DNA of 64,000 nucleotides from an uncultured Azospirillaceae bacterium (GTDB taxonomy: Bacteria > Pseudomonadota > Alphaproteobacteria > Rickettsiales > UBA3002), in assembly GCA_964352815.1 (NCBI GenBank), contig CAYGTO010000003.1, positions 69,015-133,014 of the forward strand, given 5' to 3'. The notes beneath the pieces are model-generated. The model was not told the DNA's origin. It ran no database searches and worked only from the letters and a program-made list of their open reading frames with translations. Position 1 is the first letter of the stretch, and every line of letters starts with the position of its first letter. Positions 15,556-24,830 of this stretch are shown here, piece by piece. The position numbers and the translations under genes are program-made.

Positions 15556-17121
15556 TTACTCTGTGCCTTTTTCATGTTCAGCCGTGACAAATTCTGGGTC
15601 GCCTTTACGTGGGAACATTTCGCGCGCAAGGCGGCTTTTGAACTGGCCATAGAACAGGTAAATCACAGCGCCAAGCAGGAAGAAATATTTGAGTTTCTCA
15701 AAAATTTCACCGCCGCCCGCTGAAGACAGCATGCCGTAAATCAAATAACCGCAGGTTATCAGCCCAAGGATCGGCAAGATCGGGATGATCACATGGGTGC
15801 TCCCCATATTAAACTCTGGCGCGAAGGGTACGCGGAACGGACGCTCAAGCTTTGGCTCTTTGTAACGCAGGTAAATCACGCTGATGCAGATGATGGTGAA
15901 GGCCGAGAGCGTGCCGAGCGAGACGAGATCCCCCAGCACTTGAATCGGCGTAGACGCTGCGGCGATCGCCACAATGGTCCCAACCATCAACGTGTTATAG
16001 ACCGGCGTATGAGTTTTCTTATTCACATCGCACAGGAAGCGAGGGAGCAAACCATCGCGCGAGATCGTATAGAAAATCCGCGTTTGGCCATAGACCAAGA
16101 CGAGCATCACCGAGCTAATCCCCATGATCGCACCAAGCTTGATCAAGAAAGAGAACCAACCAATGCCGATTTTATCGACCGCGACCGCGACCGGCTCAGC
16201 AACATTGAGCTCCGAATAATGCACGACGCCCGTCAGCACGCCCGACATGAGAATGTAGAGCACGGTACAAACAACAAGGGAGCCGATGATGCCGAACGGC
16301 ATGTCTTTTTGCGGATTTTTCGCTTCGGCTGCCGCGGTCGATACCGCTTCAAACCCAATATAGGCGAAGAAGATGATACTCGCGGCACGCAACACGCCGC
16401 TATAGCCGAATTCGCCGGGCACACCCGTGCCTTCAGGGATGAGCGGGCTCCAATTCGCTGTATCGACATAAAAGCCAGCCACGATAATGAAGGCAACAAT
16501 CACCGAGACTTTGACGGCGACAATGATGTTATTGATACGGGTCGATTCGCTGATTCCGATGCAGAGCAGCGTAGTGACCATGAAGATTCCGAACGCCGCT
16601 GGCGCGTTAAAGATGGCTTCAGCCTGCGTGCCGTCAGCGAGTGTAACCAGCGTCCCTGGGGGCTGCGTGTATATGGCGGGGATAATCAGCCCGAAATCGC
16701 CTAAGAAACTGACGATATAGCCAGACCAACCGACCGCGACCGTCGCGGATGCCAGCCCATATTCGAGGACGAGAAGCCAGCCCATCGTCCAAGCCAGCAC
16801 TTCACCCAGCGTCGCATAGGCATAGGTGTAGGCGCTTCCCGAAACGGGGAGCACCGAAGCGAGTTCAGCATAGCACAGGCCAGCAAAGGCACAGGCCATA
16901 CCCGCGAGAATGAAGGATAGCATGATCGCCGGACCGGCGTGATTTGCCGCCGCCGTTCCAGTCAACACGAAGATTCCTGTTCCGATGATACAGCCAATGC
17001 CGAGACTTAACAGATTCCATTTCCCCAAGGTTCGCTTGAGGCTTGAGGTCATGCCCTCTTGTTGAATGCGGGCAACAGATTTCTTGATAAAATAACGGCT
17101 TAGTTTCATCGGCTCACTCAT
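15556..17121 (-). CDS. APC-superfamily amino acid permease (cationic amino-acid-transporter-like)
   Basis: LSLGIGCIIGTGIFVLTG...AGPAIMLSFILAGMACAFAGLCYAELASVLPVSGSAYTYAY. About 12-14 TM segments. The start is uncertain (ATG 17121 or 17109). Confidence 0.85.
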   Translation of the reverse strand: MSEPMKLSRYFIKKSVARIQQEGMTSSLKRTLGKWNLLSLGIGCIIGTGIFVLTGTAAANHAGPAIMLSFILAGMACAFAGLCYAELASVLPVSGSAYTYAYATLGEVLAWTMGWLLVLEYGLASATVAVGWSGYIVSFLGDFGLIIPAIYTQPPGTLVTLADGTQAEAIFNAPAAFGIFMVTTLLCIGISESTRINNIIVAVKVSVIVAFIIVAGFYVDTANWSPLIPEGTGVPGEFGYSGVLRAASIIFFAYIGFEAVSTAAAEAKNPQKDMPFGIIGSLVVCTVLYILMSGVLTGVVHYSELNVAEPVAVAVDKIGIGWFSFLIKLGAIMGISSVMLVLVYGQTRIFYTISRDGLLPRFLCDVNKKTHTPVYNTLMVGTIVAIAAASTPIQVLGDLVSLGTLSAFTIICISVIYLRYKEPKLERPFRVPFAPEFNMGSTHVIIPILPILGLITCGYLIYGMLSSAGGGEIFEKLKYFFLLGAVIYLFYGQFKSRLAREMFPRKGDPEFVTAEHEKGTE

Positions 17122-17218
17122 TGATTGAAAGAATCCGGTATAGCAGCCGCCTATAAAATAGCAAGTTTCTTGGAGAGTTAGATGACAAAGCCACGATAAT
17201 CCCGTATAACTAAGCCTC

Positions 17219-18655
17219 ATGAGTAATGTTACCGCCAGTGAAGGTTCGCTCCTCGCAGAAGCGCGAGTGCTCTTCGGCGATTTCGTCAGCTTCCTTGATA
17301 GTGTGCTGTTTTATCCGATCCCCTTTCCTGGTACGTCGGAGGGGTTTCCCTTCCTTGTTTTATGGCTCGTGATCGGGGGGATTTTTTTTACGTTTCGCTT
17401 TGGCTTTCAAAATTTTCGGCTGATTCCCCATGGATTCGCCGTGGTGACCGGGAAATATGATAAGGAAGACGAACCAGGCGAAATCACGCATTTCCAGGCA
17501 CTTGCTTCGGCGATTTCCGGCACGACCGGGCTAGGTAATATTTCAGGCGTTGCAGTGGCGCTAGCCATGGGCGGCCCTGGGGCCATTGTGTGGATGATCC
17601 TGGCGGCGCTGTTCGGCACAGCGGCCAAGCTTGCCGAAGTAACGGTCGGCCATAAATATCGCAAGATTGACCCGGAGACGGGCAAAGTCTCAGGCGGCGG
17701 GTTTCATTATCTTGAAGAAGCGATGACCCAGCGCGGCATGCCGTGGCTTGGCAAAGCACTCGCGATTATGTTTTCGATTTGCTGTATTGGCGGCGCAGTG
17801 GCCGGCGGAAACATGCTGCAATCGAATCAGGCGGTGGCGATCGCTGTCGATAGCTATCCGTTCTTGCAAGGCACAGAGATTATTCTCTCGCTCGGGCTAG
17901 CGATGTTTGTGTTTATCATTTTAGTGGGCGGAATTAAGCGAATCGCGCGTACTGCAGAGCGAATTGTTCCCGCTATGGCAGCAATCTATGTGATCGCCGC
18001 GATTACGGTGCTGGTGAGCAATGCCCATCTCGTACCCGATGCGATGATGCTAATTCTTAACTCGGCCTTTGGCGTTGACGCTGCGGCAGGTGGTTTGGTC
18101 GGGGCAATGATCGCCGGATTCCGCCGAGCTTTCTTCTCGAATGAAGCCGGCGTGGGCTCAGCACCGATTGCCCATGCGGCGGTCAAAACCTCGGAGCCGG
18201 TGCGCGAAGGCTGCGTCGCCTTGCTCGAGCCGCTGATTGATACGGTGCTGGTGTGCACCATGACCGGCCTGGTGCTCGTGGTAACCGGTGTCTACAACCA
18301 GCCAGAGCTTGGCGAAGGGGTGACGCTCACCGCGGCCGGATTCGCCACCGTGATTGATTGGTTCCCGCAAGTGTTGGCGCTCTGCGTGCTCATGTTCGCC
18401 TTTTCGACGATGATCACCTGGAGCTATTATGGCGAGCGGGCGTGGAACTATCTGTTCGGCCCCAAATCCGTCGTAATCTTCTATATCTTCTTCTGCTCGC
18501 TCACCTTCTTTGGCGGGTTGGTCAATCTTAAGGTCGTGGTCGACTTTGGTGATCTGCTTCTGCTCTCCATGGCCATTCCCAACCTGATCGGGCTGTATGT
18601 GATGCAGCGTGAAGTGTCAGACGATATTAAAGCCTATCGCGAGAAATATCTCTAA
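17219..18655 (+). CDS. alanine/glycine:cation symporter (AGCS family)
   Basis: FQALASAISGTTGLGNISGVAVALAMGGPGAIVWM and FFSNEAGVGSAPIAHAA are AGCS signatures. Confidence 0.9.
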   Translation: MSNVTASEGSLLAEARVLFGDFVSFLDSVLFYPIPFPGTSEGFPFLVLWLVIGGIFFTFRFGFQNFRLIPHGFAVVTGKYDKEDEPGEITHFQALASAISGTTGLGNISGVAVALAMGGPGAIVWMILAALFGTAAKLAEVTVGHKYRKIDPETGKVSGGGFHYLEEAMTQRGMPWLGKALAIMFSICCIGGAVAGGNMLQSNQAVAIAVDSYPFLQGTEIILSLGLAMFVFIILVGGIKRIARTAERIVPAMAAIYVIAAITVLVSNAHLVPDAMMLILNSAFGVDAAAGGLVGAMIAGFRRAFFSNEAGVGSAPIAHAAVKTSEPVREGCVALLEPLIDTVLVCTMTGLVLVVTGVYNQPELGEGVTLTAAGFATVIDWFPQVLALCVLMFAFSTMITWSYYGERAWNYLFGPKSVVIFYIFFCSLTFFGGLVNLKVVVDFGDLLLLSMAIPNLIGLYVMQREVSDDIKAYREKYL

Positions 18656-18659
18656 ACAA

Positions 18660-18816
18660 TGTCATCCTCGGGGCTTTTGTCAGAAAGACAAAAGATTCCG
18701 GGGATCCAGGATTAAAACGTCAGAAGACGTTTTAATTTCCAAGAATGTCTTCTGACATTCTTGGAGTGGATTGCCTGTACGCGCTCGCTTTCTGCTCGCT
18801 TGACGTGGCAATGACA
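18660..18816 (+). repeat. long-form composite palindromic element, copy C (best preserved)
   Basis: TGTCATCCTCGGGG. Hairpins at 18674-18694 (8 bp), 18711-18736 (11 bp, loop AGAA) and 18739-18764 (11 bp, loop TTCT). CCGGGGATCCAG. Right module at 18767-18816 ending GGCAATGACA. It exactly fills the gap between two convergent stops. Confidence 0.9.
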
Positions 18817-18817
18817 A

Positions 18818-18997
18818 TTACGCTTGCTTGCTCAGCACGTAATTCAGCTTCTGAATTGCAAGCTGCCTGAGTCGCTCTTCCCCTGCGTTCGGGTCGCCAA
18901 CGATCGAGACCTCTGTCAGCGTCTCAGAATCCATGGCAGACACTTTGACATAAGCGCCTTGCGAGATGAATTCGATAATGATCTCACGCTCACTCAT
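18818..18997 (-). CDS. small conserved hypothetical protein
   Basis: MSEREIIIEFISQGAYVKVSAMDSETLTEVSIVGDPNAGEERLRQLAIQKLNYVL. The ATG at 18997 overlaps the upstream stop by 8 nt (ATGAGTGA), which suggests coupling. Confidence 0.45.
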   Translation of the reverse strand: MSEREIIIEFISQGAYVKVSAMDSETLTEVSIVGDPNAGEERLRQLAIQKLNYVLSKQA

Positions 18998-20279
18998 CGC
19001 CCTCATTATCCTTTGTGAGCTTCTCAATTTGCAGCTTGGTGATCTGATTCCCTTCACGCTCTATCACCTCAAAGCGCATATTATAAAATTCAAAGATGGC
19101 CCCTTCTTCAGGAATCACGCGAGATTCGTGTAGCACCAGCCCTGCCACGGTTGAAGCATCATTATCAGGAAGCTCCCAATCAAGATGACGGTTTAGATCA
19201 CGGATGGTAACCGTCCCGCCAACACGGTACGCGTTTTTACCAAATGGCATGATGTCATCGATGGTGATGATGTCATGCTCATCGTCAATCTCACCAACGA
19301 TTTCCTCGATAATGTCTTCCAGCGTGACAATGCCCTGCCAATCACCATATTCATCAACAACAAAAGCGAAATGTTTGCGCTTCGAACGGAAAGCAAAGAG
19401 CTGCTGCGCCAAGGTGATCGTATCAGGCACAAACCAGGGACGCGAAGCACGGCGGCGTATCATTTCACGTGTGATACCCACGCTTTGATTTTTTACCAAA
19501 GGCAGCATATCTTTTACATGGAGTACGCCGATGATGTTGTCATGACTGTTCTTATAGAGCGGCAAACGGCTATGTTGCGAGTTAATGATCTGCTGAATAA
19601 TATCTTCTGGATCATCAGAAATATTGATCGCATTTACCTGTTTACGGTGAATCATCACCTCTTCAATATCGCGATCATCGAGGTCGAGAATACTACCTAG
19701 CATATCGCGATTTGCCTTCTCTACCCCGCCCTCTTCATGATGCATTTCGATCGTACCCTTGATCACCTCATGCGATGAGCTGAGATTGTCATCTCCCATT
19801 GAAATGCCGAAGAAATTGAGAATCGCCGCAATAAAATATTGAATCAAGTTCGTGATGGGTGCGAAAACCCGCATGATGATTTGGATTGGGCGCGCGACAA
19901 TCAACGCCATTTTCTCAGCATTATTAATGGCAATGGTTTTAGGTAAAATCTCAGCAAAGATCAAAACGACTAGGGTCATAATGATGGTCGCATAGAGCGG
20001 GCCCCATTCGACACCCCATACCGAGATGGCAACAGTAGTCGCGAGCGATGCCGCGGCAATATTTACCAAATTATTGCCGAGTAGAATGCCGCCAATCAGC
20101 GACTCTTTACGCTCGCGTAGCTTCTCAACTAGCATCGCCAATTGGTTGCCTTCTTTGGCTAATTTATAGATGCGTGCGCGGGAAATAGCGGTCAGCGCAG
20201 TTTCTGAGCCAGAGAAGAATGCAGAGCAACAAATGAGTGCCGCAATGATTCCGATTTCTACCCAAGGCATTGCTTCCAT
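18990..20279 (-). CDS. CNNM/HlyC/CorC-family transporter (DUF21-CBS-CorC_HlyC; TlyC-like)
   Basis: N-terminal TM region with FFSGSETA, a CBS pair, and a C-terminal CorC_HlyC-like domain. The start is set at ATG 20279, which overlaps the aroB stop as TAATG. Confidence 0.85.
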   Translation of the reverse strand: MEAMPWVEIGIIAALICCSAFFSGSETALTAISRARIYKLAKEGNQLAMLVEKLRERKESLIGGILLGNNLVNIAAASLATTVAISVWGVEWGPLYATIIMTLVVLIFAEILPKTIAINNAEKMALIVARPIQIIMRVFAPITNLIQYFIAAILNFFGISMGDDNLSSSHEVIKGTIEMHHEEGGVEKANRDMLGSILDLDDRDIEEVMIHRKQVNAINISDDPEDIIQQIINSQHSRLPLYKNSHDNIIGVLHVKDMLPLVKNQSVGITREMIRRRASRPWFVPDTITLAQQLFAFRSKRKHFAFVVDEYGDWQGIVTLEDIIEEIVGEIDDEHDIITIDDIMPFGKNAYRVGGTVTIRDLNRHLDWELPDNDASTVAGLVLHESRVIPEEGAIFEFYNMRFEVIEREGNQITKLQIEKLTKDNEGDE

Positions 20280-21370
20280 TAGCTGAGCGCCTCCTGCCAT
20301 ACGTTGCGCACGGCGGCTTCATCCGCGTCATTGATGATTGTCGCCTCGCCAATGGCATGCATCGAAATCAGAGTGATTTTCCCGTCTTGCGCTTTCTTAT
20401 CGTGGCGCATATGCCCCATGAGCGCATCGATGGGCCATGATGTGTCTAATGCCTTGGGAGAATGTGTAAGCCCTAATGATGCAAGATGTTGCTGAATACG
20501 GTCTGCATCTGCCTGAGGCAGCGCGCCTTGTGTGACGGCAAATCGCGCGGCAAGCACCATGCCGATCGCCACTGCTTCACCATGCAGCAATGATCCATCA
20601 TAGCCCGCTTCCGCTTCGAGCGCATGGCCAAAGGTATGCCCCAAATTCAGTAGCGTCCGCTTGCCTGCTTCTCTCTCATCTTCGGCGACAATCTGCGCTT
20701 TCATCGCGCAGCAATGGGCGATGGCATAGGTCAGCGCTTTGCTATCGCGCGCGAGCACTTTATCGCCATTTGTTTCTAACCATCTGAAAAACTCCGCATC
20801 GCCTAAGAGGCCATATTTCATCATTTCGGCATAACCCGCCTTCATCTCGCGCTCAGGAAGCGTTTCTAGCGTATTTGTATCGATCAGCACGGCTTGCGGC
20901 TGATAAAACGCGCCAATCGTGTTCTTACCATAGGCACTGTTGATCCCCGTTTTGCCGCCAACGGAACTATCGATCTGCGCGAGCAGCGTTGTCGGAATTT
21001 GAATGAAGGGAAGACCGCGCAGAAGTACGCTCGCCGCAAAGCCGGTGAGATCGCCAATCACCCCGCCGCCGAGAGCAATAAGCGTGGTTTTACGGTCGGG
21101 CTGATGTTCAAACATACGATTTAAAAGCAACTCAAACGAGGCAAAGGATTTACTCCCCTCGCCCGAAGGAACCTCGATAATAGGCGCATCAACCGACGCC
21201 GCCTTCAATGTTTCTTGCAGCGGCCTCGCATAGATGCCTACAAGCGACTCATCCGCCACGATAATCGCGCGCTTCGTCGGCAGCGTTTCTGCAATTCTCT
21301 CCATTGCGCCTGCGCCAAGGAGAATGTCATAACTGCGATCGCCTAAATGAATGGGAATGGTTTTCATCAC
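20279..21370 (-). CDS. aroB: 3-dehydroquinate synthase
   Basis: LIALGGGVIGDLTGFAA, GGKTGIN, LNLGHTFGHALE. ATGA overlap with the aroK stop. Confidence 0.9.
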   Translation of the reverse strand: MMKTIPIHLGDRSYDILLGAGAMERIAETLPTKRAIIVADESLVGIYARPLQETLKAASVDAPIIEVPSGEGSKSFASFELLLNRMFEHQPDRKTTLIALGGGVIGDLTGFAASVLLRGLPFIQIPTTLLAQIDSSVGGKTGINSAYGKNTIGAFYQPQAVLIDTNTLETLPEREMKAGYAEMMKYGLLGDAEFFRWLETNGDKVLARDSKALTYAIAHCCAMKAQIVAEDEREAGKRTLLNLGHTFGHALEAEAGYDGSLLHGEAVAIGMVLAARFAVTQGALPQADADRIQQHLASLGLTHSPKALDTSWPIDALMGHMRHDKKAQDGKITLISMHAIGEATIINDADEAAVRNVWQEALS

Positions 21371-21933
21371 TTCACAAACGCCGCCACCTTGTCGGTCAGC
21401 TCTTCCACCACCTTATGATGATTGCCAAGGCCGCTATCGATACTAAGATCCGCTTCCGCATAAATGGGCGAACGGTCGTTCAGTAGCTTTTTTAGAATCT
21501 CTCGCTTATCACCAGTTTCGAGCAATGGCCGATGAGTTCGGCGTGACACGCGGTCGGTGAGCGTATCCAAATCAGCGCTCAGCCACACCGAAACAGCATG
21601 ACGTTTAATCAAGCTGCGCACACCAGGCTGAATCCACGCGCCGCCGCCCGTCGCAATGACCGTACGTTCCGTTTCGAGTAAACGCTTAATCACACGGTGT
21701 TCTAAATCGCGGAAAATCGTTTCGCCATAAATCTCAAAAATATCGGCGATACTGCAGCCCGCCGCTTCGACGATCTCATCGTCGGAATCCACGAAATCCC
21801 ATCCAAGTGTTTCTGCAAACCGCCGGCCAATGGTCGATTTTCCTGCTCCCATCAACCCCACCAGCACGATCGGCTTCGCATACCCACCAAGCGGGTTCAA
21901 AGGCGCAACATTATCTGCTTTGGTCATGATCAC
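21367..21933 (-). CDS. aroK: shikimate kinase
   Basis: P-loop VGLMGAGKSTIGR. DSDDEIV and ATGGGAW motifs. Confidence 0.9.
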   Translation of the reverse strand: MIMTKADNVAPLNPLGGYAKPIVLVGLMGAGKSTIGRRFAETLGWDFVDSDDEIVEAAGCSIADIFEIYGETIFRDLEHRVIKRLLETERTVIATGGGAWIQPGVRSLIKRHAVSVWLSADLDTLTDRVSRRTHRPLLETGDKREILKKLLNDRSPIYAEADLSIDSGLGNHHKVVEELTDKVAAFVK

Positions 21934-22029
21934 TCGAATTTACAACAAAAGAGGTGCGCAAAGGCCCCTAACCTCTTGTCTCATTTGTGGTTATGTTATA
22001 AGCCGTTGAATAACATTATCATAGAAAGA

Positions 22030-23907
22030 ATGACGAACTATCGCCACCTATTTTTTTCCACCATCCTCGCCTCTAGCGTTAGCGCTTTTGGGTTTGCGGG
22101 CTATGTGGCCGCGCAAGACGCGGAGCAGCCGCCTGCTTCGCTCGGGATTGATGCCCCCTATCAGGGCAAGCAGGACGCGGTGTCGTTTATTCCGCCGCTC
22201 GATGCCATTGCGATTGAAGAGACTAGCGCGCTTACGTATGAGTCTGAAGGCTTAGAAACACCGCAAAGCCAGGGGTTTTCTAACGATATTTGGCGCGAGA
22301 GTAGCCAAGAATCCTTAGTTAACCTGCTACAAAAGCTACCGCAAGGCATTGATAACGCATCGATGCGCCAGCTATTAACCTTGCTGCTTTCATTCCGCAC
22401 GCAAGGGCCGGAAAAAGAGAGTGATGACGAGAATTGGCTGACGCTGCGTGCACGCACATTGGCCCATATAGGGGAAATCGATAAGGCCCTCACACTCCTC
22501 ACGCTTCTGCCTAAGGAACAGCGCAGTGCCGAGCATCGTATCATGCAGATGGGCTATGCGCTGCAAACGGGTAATTCTAAAAAAGCATGCGATCAGGTGC
22601 GCGCGACACCTGACATCGCTGCGTCGGTGGGAGGCAGTGCTGCATTTTTGCCAAGCGTGTGCCATGCGATTGATGGAAACCAAGCCAAAGCGTCGCTGCA
22701 AACAAGTTTGCTTAGCGAGTCCAACCTTCTGGCGCCATGGATGGAACGCTGGCTGAAGGCCTATCATATTACCAGTCCGAAAGCGGCGAACAACGCCGCC
22801 GCGTTTTATTTCTCTGACGATAACGATGATGCGCTGAGCGAATCAAGCGATGCATATGACGCGATTCAGTATGGATTGCTGCGTTACCTGCTGCCTGGCG
22901 TATGGCCGAAAGAATACCGTTCACTCGTCGGCATTGAAGAATTGCCGCTAGCTCTGCAGCGCGCCGTGCTAGAAGACCCGAAACTGTCCGACCTGCTTGA
23001 TAAAAAAGACGCGCTGCGTCTTGCAGAATCTCTCTTCACAGTCGGTGCTTTGCCGAAAGAGCTGCTGTTTGAACGATACGCCACCTACCATGGCGGCGGC
23101 TTCACCCAGCATGCTGATCTCTCCTCAACCACCGCATTCCGCGGGGCAGATGGCCATGCGGCGCTCTATGGTCAGCTCATCGCCACGACGCAGCTTACCA
23201 AACAATCCGCTATCTTGCGCAAATTCTTCGAAGTCGCACATAAAGAAACGCGCATTCCGTTGATGCAATCTTTGTTCGGTGATGTGATCGAGCAAATGTC
23301 TGAGAAAATAAAGCCTGACACGCCCTATCTTGAGATTGCACCGATCGCGTTGATTCATGCGCTGTCGAACACAGACCCGGTGCAGGCAACGCGCTGGGCG
23401 AATCATTTGGAGCAGCATCGTTCCTCGCATGCATTGCTTCCGCTAGGGAAAGCGATGATCGGCTTCCTCAAGGCACGTATTTCGGGTGATGCCGAGACGA
23501 GCCGTTACGAAGCAATCACGCTAACTCTGCCAGCGCCCAACATTATTGCGGATCGCGATGAGCGTCAGTTGATGGCACAGCTTTATACGCTGCTCAGCGC
23601 GTCTGGCCTTGCGGTCGACGATGCGCTGATGGCAGGTGAAACGGTCGCATCCGATGCCGGCACCATGCTGCATCCACTTATGCTGCCCTTGCGCCGCGCC
23701 ATCGAAGAACAACGCAAAGGCCCGGTGATCCTCTATATGATAAGCATTCTACAAGAGACACCTCTCGCATCCATGCACCCGAAAATGGCTGCAGATCTCG
23801 TGAATGCGATGCATGCCATTGGGTATGATAGCTGGGCAGATAGTATGCTGATGCAAGCGTTGGCGGCGGATTTAATGGCGCTGTATGCGGCACCCTCTGA
23901 TGGGTAA
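22030..23907 (+). CDS. hypothetical secreted protein
   Basis: The track ORF starts at a TTG (21976). ATG 22030 gives MTNYRHLFFSTILASSVSAFGFAGYVAAQD, a plausible Sec signal. No catalytic motif seen. Confidence 0.55.
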   Translation: MTNYRHLFFSTILASSVSAFGFAGYVAAQDAEQPPASLGIDAPYQGKQDAVSFIPPLDAIAIEETSALTYESEGLETPQSQGFSNDIWRESSQESLVNLLQKLPQGIDNASMRQLLTLLLSFRTQGPEKESDDENWLTLRARTLAHIGEIDKALTLLTLLPKEQRSAEHRIMQMGYALQTGNSKKACDQVRATPDIAASVGGSAAFLPSVCHAIDGNQAKASLQTSLLSESNLLAPWMERWLKAYHITSPKAANNAAAFYFSDDNDDALSESSDAYDAIQYGLLRYLLPGVWPKEYRSLVGIEELPLALQRAVLEDPKLSDLLDKKDALRLAESLFTVGALPKELLFERYATYHGGGFTQHADLSSTTAFRGADGHAALYGQLIATTQLTKQSAILRKFFEVAHKETRIPLMQSLFGDVIEQMSEKIKPDTPYLEIAPIALIHALSNTDPVQATRWANHLEQHRSSHALLPLGKAMIGFLKARISGDAETSRYEAITLTLPAPNIIADRDERQLMAQLYTLLSASGLAVDDALMAGETVASDAGTMLHPLMLPLRRAIEEQRKGPVILYMISILQETPLASMHPKMAADLVNAMHAIGYDSWADSMLMQALAADLMALYAAPSDG

Positions 23908-23912
23908 GCCTG

Positions 23913-24830
23913 ATGGCAGCGCTCCCTTACCGCGACCTGTTCGTTGATATGTTGCTTGCTGAGCGCGGCGCTTCGAAACATACCGTCGAAGCGTATGATC
24001 GGGATTTGCGCGATTTTATGGAATCACTCCCTAAGGATGTTAAAGTCGAGTCACTTAGCAACCACGCGATTGACCGCTTCATGACAGAACTTGGCAGCCG
24101 CGGACTCGCCGCCTCGACCTTGTCGCGCAAGCTTTCTGCGATTCGACATTATTTCAAATTTCTCTACTCTGAAGGCATTCGCCACGATAACCCCGCGCTT
24201 CACACGGCACGGCCGAAAAGAGCAAAGCCACTGCCGCATTGTTTGAGTGCGGATGAGGTGCAGCATTTGCTGGATACTGCGCAGCATGATGAGAGCGCTG
24301 AAGGTATCCGCCTGTATACCATGTTAGAAGTGCTCTATGCCTCTGGCATGCGGGTGAGTGAGCTGGTCACTTTACCAATCAAGACATTGCGTTCGCTGGA
24401 TAGCAAAAATATTATGATGCTTTCTGTTACCGGAAAGGGGAAGAAAGAACGGCTCGTACCACTGCATTCTACTGCGTGCGAAGCGCTGCAGCATTATCTG
24501 CCCATGCGTGCAGCATTTTTTCCTAAAGGAGAAGAAGATAGCCTCTATCTTTTCCCATCATACGGCAGCAAAGGGCATGTCACGCGTCAACGATTTGGCC
24601 AACTCATCAAGGCGCTTGCAATAAAGGCCGGGATGGACCCAACCACATTGTCCCCCCATGTGATTCGCCATTCCTTCGCAACGCATTTGCTTCAGAACGG
24701 TGCAGATTTACGGGTGATACAGGAGCTTCTCGGACATAGTGACATTAGCACAACCCAGATTTACACGCATGTGATGCAGGAAGATTTAAAGAAGCTCGTC
24801 GAAGCTTATCACCCACTCGCGCAAGAGTAA
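23913..24830 (+). CDS. xerD: site-specific tyrosine recombinase XerD-type
   Basis: N-terminal SAM-like ...LAERGASKHTVEAYDRDLRDF. The catalytic box RHSFATHLLQNGADLRVIQELLGHSDISTTQIYTHV contains the R...HxxR...Y residues. Confidence 0.8.
   Translation: MAALPYRDLFVDMLLAERGASKHTVEAYDRDLRDFMESLPKDVKVESLSNHAIDRFMTELGSRGLAASTLSRKLSAIRHYFKFLYSEGIRHDNPALHTARPKRAKPLPHCLSADEVQHLLDTAQHDESAEGIRLYTMLEVLYASGMRVSELVTLPIKTLRSLDSKNIMMLSVTGKGKKERLVPLHSTACEALQHYLPMRAAFFPKGEEDSLYLFPSYGSKGHVTRQRFGQLIKALAIKAGMDPTTLSPHVIRHSFATHLLQNGADLRVIQELLGHSDISTTQIYTHVMQEDLKKLVEAYHPLAQE

Noticed and set aside
17122-17218. Glycine riboswitch upstream of the alanine/glycine:cation symporter.
   Set aside because: The spacer is only 97 nt and is shared with a divergent gene. 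It contains one GGAGAG but none of the other conserved glycine-aptamer segments.
18660-18816. CRISPR array as an explanation for the hairpin repeats.
   Set aside because: The hairpins are not identical repeats separated by unique spacers of regular length. The copies are dispersed over 50 kb with defined inverted termini, and no cas genes are present.
23913-24830. Tyrosine recombinase as a marker of an integron, integrative element or prophage. This was prompted by single genes bracketed by palindromes.
   Set aside because: The sequence and its context next to aroK-aroB are those of chromosomal XerD. The palindromic elements lack attC-type core sites (GTTRRRY), and no attI or Pc arrangement is visible.
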